DNA of 64,000 bases from Hydrolagus colliei (Eukaryota), in contig CM068748.1 of the NCBI GenBank assembly GCA_035084275.1, forward strand, positions 11,966,001 through 12,030,000. Reading direction: 5' to 3'. Within the stretch, counting starts at the first letter, position 1. Each line of letters opens with the position of its first letter. The notes below the pieces were generated by a model. That model was not told the origin of the DNA. It made no database searches and saw nothing but the letters and a program-made list of their open reading frames with translations. Positions 12,713 through 25,955 of the stretch are shown here, in pieces. A program made the translations under genes and the position numbers.

Positions 12713-14499
12713 ATTTTCATTTAGTTGTGTTGTAGCCTGAAAAAGATATCAATTCTCAGCATTGGTGCAGAGAAAGTCCAAGGACTGATGCGCATCTTTA
12801 CCATTATTAATCACATGGAATTAGATATCCTTGCTCTGCGTTTCTTCTAATAAATGCAATTGTGTTTGTTGGTTCCACTGAGCACTTTGGGCAATAAGAA
12901 TCATGTGCAATATCTTTGCCCACTGCCGTTAATAGGAACAAATCTCCTGTTTTTGGTGTCTGCCTACAGACTGATTGTGGGCTGAATTTTTTTTCAGTCC
13001 CTATGGACTATTTGCCACGTTGCCAGGTAAGTGATCTATGAATGTTTGCATCTATTTCTGTGCATTCTGCATTTTCCTCTGTCCATTCTTCTTTCAGATG
13101 TGTTAAAGCCTACAGATTGGTTGCAATGCAGTCTGTAAGACTGTGAATTCACAGTGTCCAGAGGGAACATTCATCCCTAATTCTCTGCTCTACTCGCAAA
13201 AGGGATTTTGCTCAGGGAATGCAGAGTGGGAGAGGGAAGTGTCGTTGCACTTCTTATAGTTAATAAATTCTGGTGCAATGAATGGAATCATTCTATCAGA
13301 CCATGCATCTATTCCACACCCTATTGCCAATATATGCTTTAGAGGCAGGTGTTCTCTGGTGCTCCCTGAGAGGAGATTTCAGCAAACCTTGGCATCCCAG
13401 CTTTGTTTGCTTGAAGTAAAAACTGAAATTGTTAATGATCTGACATATGCCTTATTGATGGGTATGCAGGCCAGTCCATGCCCATAGGACCATTTAGTAG
13501 ATTAATCTTCACTCTCAGATTTAAAATGTTACATTACACACCATTACTCCATGGTGTGTAATGTAATAGTGCATTACACACCATGGAGCCAGCCGGGCCA
13601 GCCTCTCTGCAGCCTCTCCTCTCAGTAAGTTGGATGAAGTAAAGTGATACAGAGTCATTTGTGTCTTTCCTATAGGAGGTTCTGGCCAGTGCAATTGTGA
13701 ATGGCTGGGAACTGGCAGTTACAGTGTCCCTGGCACCAATACTGTCATACAGCCTTTTTTTAATCAAATTTTACATGAACATGGGTCCATTTGAGGGCAG
13801 AGACTAAATCTGTTTGAAGAGAGAATGAGGAGGCGTCTGGGTAGAAATTATGAATCGATTCTAACCTTCTCCCCCTCTGCAGATCCTGGCTACTGCCTCA
13901 TTATATTTCTGCCTGTGCTGTTCAGTGACACAGATTAGCACAAAGCAATCACATCTGCTAAAGGGAAACAGATCAATGTCTGCACTGACTGCTGAGCTTC
14001 TGGGCTCCATGTAACCTGGTGTTATGATTACTCGTCTTTCTTACCTGCCAGAGATCGATCTGAGTGCACAGAGTAAACCGGGGCTTATCTTTTAACAGTC
14101 AAAGACTAGAGATTGATGCAGGGCTGAGTGAGCAGGGCTTTGAGAATGTGAAGTACCCTAAATGTCCATTAATTCCAAGGCAAAGGCAGCAACAGACAGA
14201 GGGGACTAACACAGAGCGATAACAACACTGTGCAACCACATAAGTATAAATCATCATTCTTCAACGGTGTGCGGGAAGACAGCAGAAATTGCACTGGGTT
14301 TCTATTTCTTTCAGATTAATGTGGATCCATATGACTCTTTCTTGAGATTTGGTGATGCATTTGTCCCTTAATATTTATGTCTCTTTTCTGCATTATGATA
14401 TCCCAAAACACCATGACTGGCGAAAAGCTGTTGAGGCATCTGTCTCCCAGGCCTCTGGTTCACAGACATCAGCTAAAGGTACAATAAGAAATACTGTAC

Positions 14500-14855
14500 A
14501 ACCAAATGTCACAGGTTAAACTCCTGCTTTTGAGTTTGCTGTACCCAGTCAGAGCATCAATCTAGTCACGACAGTTCACCTCAGTATCTGGGGCTACAAT
14601 GAGGAAACATCAATTGAGGGTCCCTTATCTTATCACCATCCAATAAATTCTGAAAACTGCCCATGTGTTGATGCTGGGTGAGGACAAGCTTGGGTTTGAC
14701 TGTGATGCTCCCTTATGACTAAGTCACCTGCCAACACGAACTGTCACACGTGAAGAATAAACTGTTGGATGAGGTGAGGGGGCGAGGGTGAGGGGTGGTG
14801 GGGATGGGCACTCATGGAATTCTACCCCAGGAAGAGTCAGGAGAGAAAACAAGAA
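14500..14855 (+). mobile_element. Ancient tRNA-SINE relic (AmnSINE2-like)
   Basis: gggtgaggacaag...ctgtgatgc...cacgtgaagaat...tggaattctaccccaggaagagtcag. Related copies at about 32520-32815, 40120-40440, 41570-41875 (+) and 46305-46520 (-). Family name from a recalled consensus. Confidence 0.55.
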
Positions 14856-16473
14856 AAAATGCAAAGGGAAATCAAAATATTCCTTGCATTTGATTATAGT
14901 GCCTTATAACGTCTTTGAAACGCCTGAAAGCACTTCACTGACTACACTGTAAAGTGAATTTTACTGTACATTTGTGGGCAAAATGTGGGAGGGATGTAAG
15001 ACTATGAGAACGTATAGGATTAGAATATTGCTGCTGTACAGGAACAGGTCTGGGCAGGCAGGCAGTCAGCATAATAAGATGTGGGAGAAAATGTATTCTC
15101 TTTGTTTTTGATATTTTAGAGTATAACAACACAAGACAGCTTATTTTATTTCAATTATATATGTTCTGCCTCCCCGTTCAGTTTGTAATGAAAGAATAAA
15201 CCTATTTTACACATTGCAGCGTTGCAGTTACAGGAGTTGCAAGTGAGACAAGCACAAGACGAACAATAATAGCTGGAATGGCTAACCTTTTACCCAGTAT
15301 GTATTGGCCTCCCAACAGCAGTTGACAAAGAGGAGCAAACAAGTCAGGTGTTGATGAATTGTTTACATATATGCAATTTGGCACAGGTGCATCTGAGCTG
15401 TACAGCAGCAGACAAGAGCCATTTGTTAACTGTTACCCAGCTGAATGACGGGGTGTGACACTTTGCGTGTGTTTGTGCTAGTGGAAGCGATGCAGTTTTG
15501 TTACTGGCTACCAATGGGGACCAGGCTTTTGGTCTTTCTGCCCCCACTCTTTGGAACTCCATCCACAATTCCTTCATCTTGTTCCCTCCCTTGTCTCCTT
15601 CAAGGTTCGACTCCAGACCCTCCTTTTCTACCGTGCCTTCAGCTGTACCTCTCTGCCTGCCCTCATCCCAATTCTGGTCCCTGTCCCCCATTGGGGTCGA
15701 GATCAGGGAAGGTATTTACTTTCGACAGACCTTAGGAGAATGAGTGGAACGTGATTGTCACTTGATGTTTATATTGCTGTGGGTGCAAAGTGCACGACTC
15801 CTGGAACTACCTCCTCCTGGTGATCTCAGGAACAACTGACCTTCACATTAGCTCATCCTCTACGTACATTGTATAGTTAATGGCAAATCATTGCCAAACA
15901 GTACGGAGCTGCTGGCAAGCATGCAGAGCAAATGCAGCACAAGACATAAGATGAGTCATACAGACCCCACTGTGAGTAGATTGTTAGCTTTTACCCAGTG
16001 TGTAATGGATTTGACAATGAGCCATGCTGTAATCACACACTATCAGACATTTTTACCTGACTGTCAATCGGACGTACACAAGTCATACAATACAAGATGT
16101 GGATGAACCGTTATATCTACTGTACATCTAGAATATACCCAGGATCTGACACTGAAACATGAAACCCCGGGTGTGAATGAGTGGTTAGTTTTTAGCAGTT
16201 GCGCTACACAATATGATGATGATTAGTCGAGCTGTCTGCCTGCAGCAAAGCAGCATTCATTCTTAGTGACGAGCTAAGTAAATAGACATGGGGGGTGGGG
16301 GGAATTTAGTATTATACACCAAAGTACTTTGTCACTGTGGACAGGATCCACAAACCAAAAAAATTAATCGGGGATTCAAAAGGCTGACACATCATAGAAT
16401 TCAACTTTTGTGAATGCAAAATACCAAATTACATTTTTGGTATAGCACCCTTCATGTCGGATTAATTTACATG

Positions 16474-16725
16474 TGGAGTCCTGCAGCTCTGTGGTTAGAG
16501 CACTCGCCTTACAAGCGAGAGATCTGGGTTCCATTCTTGGCAGGAATAAATTGGTAATTTCAATCTATGATTGTTGGTGGGACACTGCTGTGTGCAATTG
16601 GCTGTCACGTTTCGCCCACAAATATACAGTCAATTCACTTTACAGTATATTCTGCGAAGCGCTTTGAAATGTCTAGAAGAAGTGAAAAGCGCTATATCAA
16701 GTGCAAAGATTAATATTATTATTGT
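16474..16725 (+). mobile_element. tRNA-derived SINE
   Basis: ggagtcctgcagctctgtggttagagcactcgccttacaagcgag head and shared L2-like tail. Confidence 0.88.
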
Positions 16726-17429
16726 TGCTGTTAGAGATTTTCAGGAATCATTTTGTAGACAGGTCCAGTAAAAAGTATTCCCTTTGTTTCTAGTTCCTTT
16801 GCCTTCTATAGTCAGTATGTATTGAGGAGATGCATGAAAACACCTCTATCACATACTGTAATTACGCTTCACAAACTCTGGTCTGATAGATGAGTTGTAG
16901 GGCTAACATCTTGTACCTTTGTGGCACAGTGTGTTGGAGCCAGCAAAGCATGACAAGAGTGTTTCACAATCCAACTTGAAACTAAGTGCAGACATATTAA
17001 ATTCTGTGCAGACAGTGGGATTGAATAGCCATGCGAGCTGACCTCTGTTATTAAAGACACAGTGTTTGACAAGTTGAGAAGAACAAGGCGGACACAACAC
17101 TGCGGAAATTGCACATGGCCAAGCACAGTGACAGGCAGAAACCTTTCAAACAGAGAAATGAGTAAGTCTGTAAGGCCAGCATTGTTCAACTCTTATTTAC
17201 TGTCTGATTCTATTAGTGAAAAGTTGGGTCAGAAAAGGGTCTCTGTGCCAAAGACCGGAAGCAAGGGAGACAGACTGGAACCTTACAAAAGGTTAAAAAC
17301 AATCCTAAACAATGTATAAACAAGCCTTGGTAATGAGGACAGCGTGAAAGAACTGCCGGTTGGGTAGATTCAGGGAACTCTTTCTTGTGTTTCAAACTTT
17401 ATCATGCCACTTTATCAAGTTAAATACAG

Positions 17430-17855
17430 TGACCTGGAAAGATTATCCAGAACTTTGCAGCTCACATCCTCTCCCATATTGGGCTGGTTCAACAAGTCCA
17501 TCATCTCCATCCTTGCCTTGAGCTACTCGCTCCTCATCTCCCTTGTAGATCAACTTCTGCAATCTCCTGTGACTCTACTCACCTGGCAACTCATTCCACT
17601 CCACTGAACTCTGGTCTACTTCATGCTCCTGCCTGCTCCACTCCACCATTGGCAAGTAAACTTTCAGTCCCTACACCCTTCTTCTTGGCTTCCAAAACCC
17701 ATCTAAAATCTACCTCTTTGACTGCACCAGTTTTTGGCCAATTATCCTTTACGCCCCCCACCCCAATCATCCTTTGAACTCTGGCTCACGTCCGTTACTG
17801 CAAAGCTCTCTGAGCCATTCTACTTTTATGAAAGACACCATATAAATATAAGCAC
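17430..17855 (+). mobile_element. Decayed L2 LINE 3' fragment
   Basis: Pyrimidine-rich L2 end (ctaaaatctacctctttgac...tgaaagacaccatataaat). Similar relics at about 15505-15680, 32870-33350 and 38300-38605. Confidence 0.6.
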
Positions 17856-20404
17856 AAAGCATTGTGGAATACTTACCATTGGCTCTCATGGTCTACAATG
17901 GATATGTGAGGGCTGTTGTTTTAATACACGTGAGGAGTTGTTATTTTGTGTAATATATATAAGGCCCTATTGTTGTGTATATTATATATCAGAGCCTGGT
18001 GTTAACTATTTTACCCGTATAAAAAAAGGTAAATAGCCAGAATGAACACAAGCAGGATGCTGATTATGGAGAAGGTTATTTAATGGTCACATAAAAGCAA
18101 TGACTGCTTGACATCAAAGATAGATAGAGATAACCTTTGAGAAAGATAATGTCCATGTTCTGATATTTGACTGTGTCATTTACAAGGATATAATCTTCAG
18201 AAAATAGTGCAGTAAAGAGTGATGTGTATGCATTACACACCATTAAAATCTTTTAGTTGCAAATGTATTCCCAGTAACTCCTCTATATAACACGGATCCT
18301 AATGATTATTTAATGAAGTCATAAAAATTTAAAGACTCCTGTTTTTCATAGATTTGCAGACTGTGTTCTTACTGAATGGCACATTACCAGCAATGCTAAA
18401 CATTGTAATGCAGTCTTCTGAGTGAGTTACCCACAACACCACTTCTTGGGACAGACATTGGTAACATCTTGTCGTCACGATGTACAGTATAAGCGATAGT
18501 TAGCTGCATTTCCTTTGCAGTTCCCAAAACACAGCCACTGTGATCTCCAACTGTGCAGGATGACACAAAAGTAAGCGATTACTGAGTAATTTTAACAGCA
18601 TCTTTTGTGAAGCATTTTTCATGAAAAAAAATGTTTCTTGCTGTCTATAGAGTTTTGCAGCATCACAACAAATTAGCAGGACTCTGGCTGGCTCCCTGTT
18701 TTACTGATCCGGCATAGAGTATATTCAGAGCAGCATCGACCTAATTCTACATTATGGCATTCTCAGTACAAGTTGCCTGTGTGTGTGTGTGTGTGTAAAA
18801 AAAAGATGAAAAAGCCTCTGACTCCTCAAAGAGTTAAATTCAAGTCATTCAGAGACAGCACACATATGATGAGTGGCTGTTTGCAAAAAAAATCTGATCA
18901 GGTAATACCAGATCCTATAATAAGGACAATGGTAATTGGTGCATGTTTTTGTTTCCTGTAGGGTATTAATTCTGAGAATAACCCCTCATTATAATGGTGC
19001 CTTTGGGAAGCTTAAAAACGGGATCAAAATAAAAGAATCATAGTACAAACAGACATTCATATCAGATATATCATCCCACACAGATGCACCCTGTCAACAA
19101 TTGCATCTCGAAACAGCTTCCTAATCCATTGGGAGCATAGCAAGATCTTGGCATTAAACCATTGCAGTACAGTGCTGATTGAAGCCTTGGCACTTCTGCT
19201 GATATTAATCCTACAGTGCAGTGTGGAACAGAGGCGTTTGGATGGGTGTGACGTCTTTCCCTAACTACTGTATGATTCAGGAACACAAAATATCTCTCAC
19301 ATATGAAACCTGAAGAGGTAATTTTAATAAAGCATTGCAGCAAATAGCTGGGTAAATCCTGTCCTATAGAAATTACTGGGTTTCCGTTACATAAGTGCAG
19401 TCTTTATGTTATATACCGGATAAGGTCCATCCTGAAATCCCTAATAACTGGTGTGTGTATGAATCCAGTATCTCTGGTGCGAATATGAGAGTCTGTTTCA
19501 GGTCCGTATTAAGAGAGGCATTGGCACTTGTCAATCACAAGCAGCCACGTTCTGCTACAAATTTATACAAATTTTATACCACTACTTTTCAGAATCTTTA
19601 ATAATAATTATTATTATTATATTATTTTCAAAATCTGTCAACAAATATCACCTAAGTCCCCTCAGCTGAAGAGTCAGATGGTAAATGTAGCTCCCTGTGC
19701 CACCTCATTATATTATACAGGGCTTGAATCATTAAAACACCACAGTCAGTCGAGAACCAGCTTGTTTAAACAATGGGGTCAGAAATAGAATCCAGATACA
19801 AGCCACTCATAGAGACCTCCAATTAGAAACATCAGATTTCAAGATTCATTGTGAGATTTCTGTTGGTGAGACAAACAATTTAGTTAGACTGTCAACAATG
19901 CCCCAGATAAAATTGGTAATTCATTTCATAACTGTTTGCAAGACATTGCTGTGCGTAAATTGACTGCCGAGTTTGCCTACAAATACACAGTTGTTGCAAT
20001 TACATCAAATCCTTTGAAGCACTTTGAGGCGTTTCGTGATAAGGAACTAGAGTTTATCAAAATAATCTTGAAAAAATCTTTCAGATCTTGAAAAATCTGG
20101 AAAGTTATCTCAGGCGATTAGCGATTGAAATAGAAATACTGGGTTAATGTTTCAGATTGATCCCTCATCTAAACAGAAATGAATGGGCTGGAAAAGCCAC
20201 TTGATAGAATAGGGATGGGAATATGGCCAAGGAAATAAAATCAATAGGAAGTCATAAATATTACTGTGATTGCAATATCTGGTGAAGAAAGTGTGAACAC
20301 TGTACTTGTGAGGTATGGCTGGGATTCTGCATTTGTGTGGTTGTACGTGTGATAGAAAATTCAGTGCTAACTCTCAGTTATTCAAAATGTGAAGAATGAT
20401 AAAA

Positions 20405-20680
20405 AGCCTTACATTTGATGCAGCATCTTATCACGTCTTCGAGTTCTCTCAAAAGTACTTCACGGCACATACTGTAAAGTGAAGTAACTGTGTATTTTGT
20501 GGGCGAAACATTGCAGGCAATTGCACACAGCAGTGTCCCATAAACACTTATGGATTGAGTGACCAAATTATTATTATTAGTATCATTTTGCATTTCTTTT
20601 TATGGGATTATTGCTTCCTGGAAAAGCGATTCGCCTATCGACTAACAACCGGGTTCCTACTTTCTGTTGAGTGCGGTATT
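20405..20680 (-). mobile_element. SINE fragment (same variant as 10600)
   Basis: Reverse complement of the shared tail and middle segment. Confidence 0.7.
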
Positions 20681-21562
20681 GAAATTCAACAGGAAGCTGA
20701 AGAGATACTGATGTACAATTCTCTATAGATCTCCAACCTGTAAATGTCAGCAGTCAATAATGAATGCGAAAGCCTGTGGTCTGCTTTTTACCCGGTGAGA
20801 AGCAAATATAAGTGTGCGGCAGAGTCTGCTACAGCTCCTGCACACAGTGCCTGGGGCAGGCATTAATTTCTCTCACACTGCTGGAATATTTCTTTTGATG
20901 AAATATGTCAGTTTGAATGGCCTCTTTCATGACATTACTGAGAGAAAAAGGGGGAGTCATTGAAGCGAATAACCTCTGAATACATCACATACAATTTGGG
21001 GATTAAACCTGGCATCTACCTGATGTGTGGTTCAGATACTCACTGAATATAATTGTTGAGCCATCAGGGAAGCTATCTGTTCATCTTAATTTTAAAAAAA
21101 GTCATTTATTTTTAATAATTGATCTTTTTAAAAATTGCATATACTGTAGTAGGAAGTGGTATTCCAGCAGAAAATGCCTTGAGGAAAGAAATTACAACAA
21201 CAACAACTTTGATTTATATAGCGCCCTCCACGCCGGACGGCTTCTCAGAGCGCTTCAATTACCCTAGCTTTCAGCACGTACAGTCATTTTCAACATAGAT
21301 ATTTGTAACAAATAGAGAGGAATATTGACTGATTCAAATAATGTTATGAACCAGCATGAATATTGGAAGCTTGCAGCCCTGTGCTGCAGGAATACTCCGT
21401 CAGTGTCAGCGCTGAAACTGGTTCTTAAACTTAGTTTTTGTAGCCTAGCACTTTCTGCAAGGCAGATTGTGAAAGGAATCTCTGCTTCTTTTGTGGTTGT
21501 CGGTTCTATTTTTTATGGACATTTAGAACCAACTCACTGTAGAACGATTCCTTCTTCCGCAG

Positions 21563-21677
21563 GTCTTGACCCCACCAAGGACCCCTGCCAGAAGGTGAAG
21601 TGCAGCCGACACAAGGTGTGCATCTCACAGGGCCCACAGAGAGCCATGTGTATCAGTCGCAAGAAGCTGCAGCACAG
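21563..21677 (+). CDS. SPOCK2: SPOCK2 exon, follistatin-N region (G)LDPTKDPCQKVKCSRHKVCISQGPQRAMCISRKKLQH(R)
   Basis: ccgcag| ... CACAG|gttaga, 115 nt. Near-identical to testican-2 KDPCQKVKCSRHKVC. Confidence 0.96.
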
Positions 21678-21828
21678 GTTAGAGCTGCGTTTCCTTCACA
21701 CCATTCTCTACATTCCAGTAGAGTGCCTCTTATGTGTGCTTGAGCTGGAGGGAAGTTTGGGAGATCCCTGAGACGGAACACATAGTTCAGTGAATGCATT
21801 GCTTACTGCTAATTCATGTTTGTTTTAG

Positions 21829-21943
21829 AATCAAACAGTCTTCCCCGAAACCCCAGGGGCACGTGGAGAGTGTGTGCAAGCCATGCCACATGACGCAGAC
21901 TTCCCCAGTGTGTGGCTCAGACGGAAACACATACACATCACAG
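21829..21943 (+). CDS. SPOCK2: SPOCK2 exon, start of Kazal domain IKQSSPKPQGHVESVCKPCHMTQTSPVCGSDGNTYTSQ
   Basis: ttttag| ... CAG|gtaggc, 115 nt. Kazal PVCGSDGxTY motif. Confidence 0.96.
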
Positions 21944-22920
21944 GTAGGCAATGTGCTCAGTTCTTCAAACCGAATGTTCCTGTACTTTAATGGAGTAGGA
22001 TTCCAACATTTAACATCAAAAAGTTGAAATCCCAACAATGACAACAACAATAAAATTACATTTAAGGTAGGAGGGATTGAAGGATGGAATTCCAAAGGTT
22101 ACGGCAGAGTGGCTGAAGGTTCACTTGCTGATGGTGGGGTGGTTGAGTCAGGGGACATGGAGCAGGCCGGAGCCCACTGAGTGGAGAGAATGGACTGGTT
22201 GGAAGGGGGTTAGGAGGTTGCAGAAGTAGGGTAGCAAATACAAACCGTGTAATTCAAGCACCCAAATTTAGAGGATTTAAATATCAGACTTTCAATAATT
22301 TTCCATTAGATTTAATTAGAAGCAGAACAGCTGACTAATAACTTGCTGGGTCCAGGCTCTCAAAAGCCCCAGTGTTGTCCAGATAATTGTTGGACATTAC
22401 TGTCTGGTCATAGCCACACATGAAAATAATACTGCAAAAAACACTGGCATTTCATATTGTGCCTTGTGTTGAAACGTCTTAAGGTGCTTCACAAGTGAAG
22501 CGCATCAGACCTGCTGACAGTCTTCAATGAGCTTGTGATGATGGATCCGAGGATGCAAGAGCCAATAAAAGTTGTGTTGTTAAGGAATTATCTCCTAAAG
22601 ACGTTAGGCTTTGCAAAACTATAGTTTGTGTGAATTCATCCGCCTTTCAATGTGTCACATAAACAACTAATAATGCCACAAATCTTTGGAAACTTTGCTG
22701 CTGTGGAAGCAGTACTTATTGCCACCTGCATTCGATGAAGAACTTTTTTTGAAAATAAGTAAACTATAAATGCGGTGTTCAGCTCACCAGCTGAGAACCT
22801 TATCGACACATCGACAACTTTATGTCAAACACTCCTTCTTGATGGAATAAGCTGATCTGGCTGAATGCAAATCAATTCACGTCTAACCTCAGCTCTCTCT
22901 TTTTCCCCTTCTTCCTGCAG

Positions 22921-23035
22921 TGTAAACTGGAGCAGCAGATATGTTTGACTGGAAAACAGCTTACCCAACAGTGCCAAGGCCAGTGTCCATGTCCAACACG
23001 ACTTGCACCAACAGTCGAAACAGAGAAGAAACCAG
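22921..23035 (+). CDS. SPOCK2: SPOCK2 exon, end of Kazal domain CKLEQQICLTGKQLTQQCQGQCPCPTRLAPTVETEKKP
   Basis: Long pyrimidine tract cttcctgcag| ... CCAG|gtaaat, 115 nt. CKLEQQxCL...CxGxCPCP. Not in the + ORF track. Confidence 0.95.
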
Positions 23036-23392
23036 GTAAATAATTTATACCGTCTGAAAGACAAGGTGAGGTCCCAGAGCATAGTCAGTGGAGAGGAGAT
23101 CAGGTTAGTTCCTACAAACATTCTGAATGTGATCTGGCACCTTTCATGACCAGGTTTTAGCAATATCCACTTGACAACTCCCCAATGATCTGATAGAGGT
23201 ATGGGTCTCACCATGGGCAGGATCTCATCATAGTCCTGTGGCGCAGGATGTTAACCAATATTCTTATAAAACCCAATTTGAATATAATTAGGGCAGATCA
23301 GGTTGAGTTTAAACATTTATACTTGTGTATAATTTTTATGGACTATATCAAACAGTCCATTACTGCAAAATCTCTCTCTTTTCTCTCTCTAG

Positions 23393-23512
23393 AAAGCTGT
23401 ACAGGGCAAGACCTCGCAGATCTTGGGGATCGGCTCAGAGACTGGTTTCAACTGCTGCATGAAAATGCCAAACAGAACAATTCAGGGAGTCCATTTTCAA
23501 GCACAACCAGTG
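23393..23512 (+). CDS. SPOCK2: SPOCK2 exon, start of SPARC/EC domain (E)SCTGQDLADLGDRLRDWFQLLHENAKQNNSGSPFSSTTS
   Basis: ctctag| ... AGTG|gtaaga, 120 nt. CTGQDLADLGDRLRDWFQLLHEN favours SPOCK2 over SPOCK1 and SPOCK3. Confidence 0.96.
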
Positions 23513-23877
23513 GTAAGACAAGAAAAGTCACCAGGTTCACAGGCAGATAAACTTGTTTGAGTCTTTCAGGAAATATTTTACTGCAGGATCATTCCACACA
23601 GGATCAAAGAACTTATTGTAATCTTGGAGTGACAACACAGACTTTATAGTCCATTGTTACCAACTCCCAAGTTGGGAGGGGTGGAGGGGAGGGGAAGAGA
23701 ATCTTTCAGTACTTATCTTCTTGTAACCTTTGTGGATTTCAAAAACCTAATTAGATTTCCCCTCTTAATCTTCTCTGTTCCAACCAAAACAATTTTTTTG
23801 GCGTGGGAAAGTGATGGGTTAGTTAGCTCCAGATTGTGAATTCACTTCCTCACAATGTCCTTCTCTCTTTCTGAAAG

Positions 23878-24096
23878 TGCTGGACAAGAGCCTGATGGCC
23901 AGCTGCAGGGATTCGATTGGCTGGATGTTTTCCAGGCTGGATAGCAATACTGACCTGTTTCTGGATCAGACGGAGCTGGCAGCCATCAATCTGGACAAGT
24001 ATGAAGTCTGTGTGCGACCTTTCTTCAACTCCTGCGACACATACAGAGATGGACGGGTTTCCACGGCCGAGTGGTGCTTCTGTTTCTGGAGAGAAA
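23878..24096 (+). CDS. SPOCK2: SPOCK2 exon, EF-hand pair of the extracellular calcium-binding domain
   Basis: ctgaaag| ... GAAA|gtacgt, 219 nt. SCRDSIGWMFSRLD...DKYEVCVRPFFNSCDTYRDGRVSTAEWCFCFWRE. Confidence 0.96.
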
Positions 24097-25117
24097 GTAC
24101 GTAAGAGAACAGCAGGAGTGTATATGTGTCCTGTGTGTGTGTGTGTGTTTGTTGTATCAAGGCAACAAGTGAGAGTAAGAGGGAGACAAAATCAGAGAGA
24201 CAGATTGAAAGGCTGAGTGTGTTATGAAGGGAAATGTGCTTGGTGGCAAGTACATGAGAGAGGTACTACATGTTTACTGGAGAAGAGAGGAGATAAGGTG
24301 TTAAGGGGAAGAGAGGCTATGTCTGTTTGGAGGTCTGTGAGCTTTCACTGCCCAGCCTCATGCATGAAAACTGTCCCATTAAACAAGCGCAGTTAGTATA
24401 CAATATAATTTACATGTATATTGCGCCTTTCATGTCAGGAGGACGTTCAAGCATTTAGCTATATTGGCTGGGCACCCGAGCTGGTAGTGGGAGCGAGGAG
24501 GGTGGGGAGGGAGTAACAGTGGAATAATAATCCACCTTAGGGAGGATAAACAATGGTGAGAAGGGAGTACCAATTGTTAATGCGAAATATAAGTCTCAAT
24601 TGATGGAAACTGTAAACTGGATCTTACAATTCCTATTGTGTCCAGTTTTAGACCAGAGCCTCTAGTTACTGACACCAGTGAATTAATGCCTGGTGCTACA
24701 GCGACAAATACATGACAGAGTGATCTGTGAGTTTGTGCCTACAATTCACTGCCTGGTGAAATGCCAACGCTGCCCCATAGCGGGGAGCTGCTGACTACGG
24801 GCCAGAGAAAAAGAAATCTTGAGAGCACTGTCCACCCTTTCAGCTGGGAATAGTGGTATATGTATATGTTTGTCATAGAAATAATCAGAAAGAGGAAAGG
24901 TAGCAAAAAATACAAATGTTTTAACGGCAGCAAAGAGTAATGGAGCTTTATGGTGATATGGGAAAGTTTGCAGAAATTTTCAGCAGGCTTTTAACCAACT
25001 GAATAGTCAGGGGAAGGGCAAAGAGTAGGAAGATAATGATTGAATAGGCTTTTGTTGTTGCTTGCTTTGTTGTTTGTGATATCACAGATTAATTTGCATT
25101 GACGTACATTGAAATAT

Positions 25118-25326
25118 TGTAAGCATTGCCTGAAATGGTGGAGGCGAATTCGATAAAAACTTTTAAAAGAGAGGTAGACATTTATTTGGGGAGGACACGT
25201 TTGCGAGGTTATGGGGAGAGAGCTGGGGAGTGGGATTAAATTACTCTTTTTAAAGAGCCGGCAAGGACTCGATGGGCCGAATGATCTCCTTTTGTGCCGT
25301 AAGATCCTATGATTCTATGATTCTAA
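25118..25326 (+). mobile_element. CR1 LINE 3' end, followed by a SINE tail (25345-25485)
   Basis: gatgggccgaatgatctcct...(ATTCTATG)n; closely similar to the 9994 and 3286 copies. Confidence 0.88.
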
Positions 25327-25572
25327 CCTAATGCACTTGTTTAATAACTGTGCGCAATTGGCTGCCGCGTTTCACCCATAAAATATACAGTCAATTCACT
25401 TTACAGTATATTCTGTGAAGCGCTTTGAGATGTCGATAAGACACGAAAAGCTCTATATCAAATGCAACAATTATTATTACTAGTATTATAAACTGAGTAG
25501 TTGTATTGTAAAACTTGGGCTTCTCAAGTGTTAATCTTTCAGTCTGTTATAATGCTATTCCTGCTCTCACAG

Positions 25573-25635
25573 AGCCACCCTGCCTGGCTGAGCTGGAGAG
25601 GATTCAGTTGCAAGAAGCAGCATGGAAGGTACCTG
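25573..25635 (+). CDS. SPOCK2: SPOCK2 exon, start of thyroglobulin type-1 domain (K)PPCLAELERIQLQEAAWKVP(G)
   Basis: ctcacag| ... CCTG|gtgagt, 63 nt, phase 1-1. Confidence 0.95.
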
Positions 25636-25811
25636 GTGAGTACAGTCCCCAACCTCAACAGTATTTTTCCACACTAATAGTGACTTTATGTCTCCCGGCG
25701 AGTGCTTATGTCACAGAAATAGGCTGATCTGAATGAAACCTGCTGTGTAAATAGGCAGATGAGGAACATCTTGTCCCAGCTTTGGACAATATTTAAGAAA
25801 ATCTAATATGT

Positions 25812-25955
25812 ACAACAACAAAATTACATTTATAGAGCGCCTTTCACGTCGGGAGGACGTCCCAAGGCGCTGAACAGTCAGGTCGGGACCCGGGCAAGGG
25901 AGAGGGGGTAGGGTAGGGGAGAGGAGAGGAGTGGGAGAGATTTAGGAGGGGAGGG
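25812..25955 (-). mobile_element. L2 LINE 3' end
   Basis: acaacaacaaaattacatttatagagcgcctttcacgtcgggaggacgtcccaaggcgctg with CpGs intact, suggesting a young copy. Confidence 0.85.

Noticed and set aside
21563-23035. Three consecutive 115-nt SPOCK2 exons as an exon triplication
   Set aside because: Different phases (1-2, 2-0, 0-1) and unrelated sequences; the equal length is not evidence of duplication.
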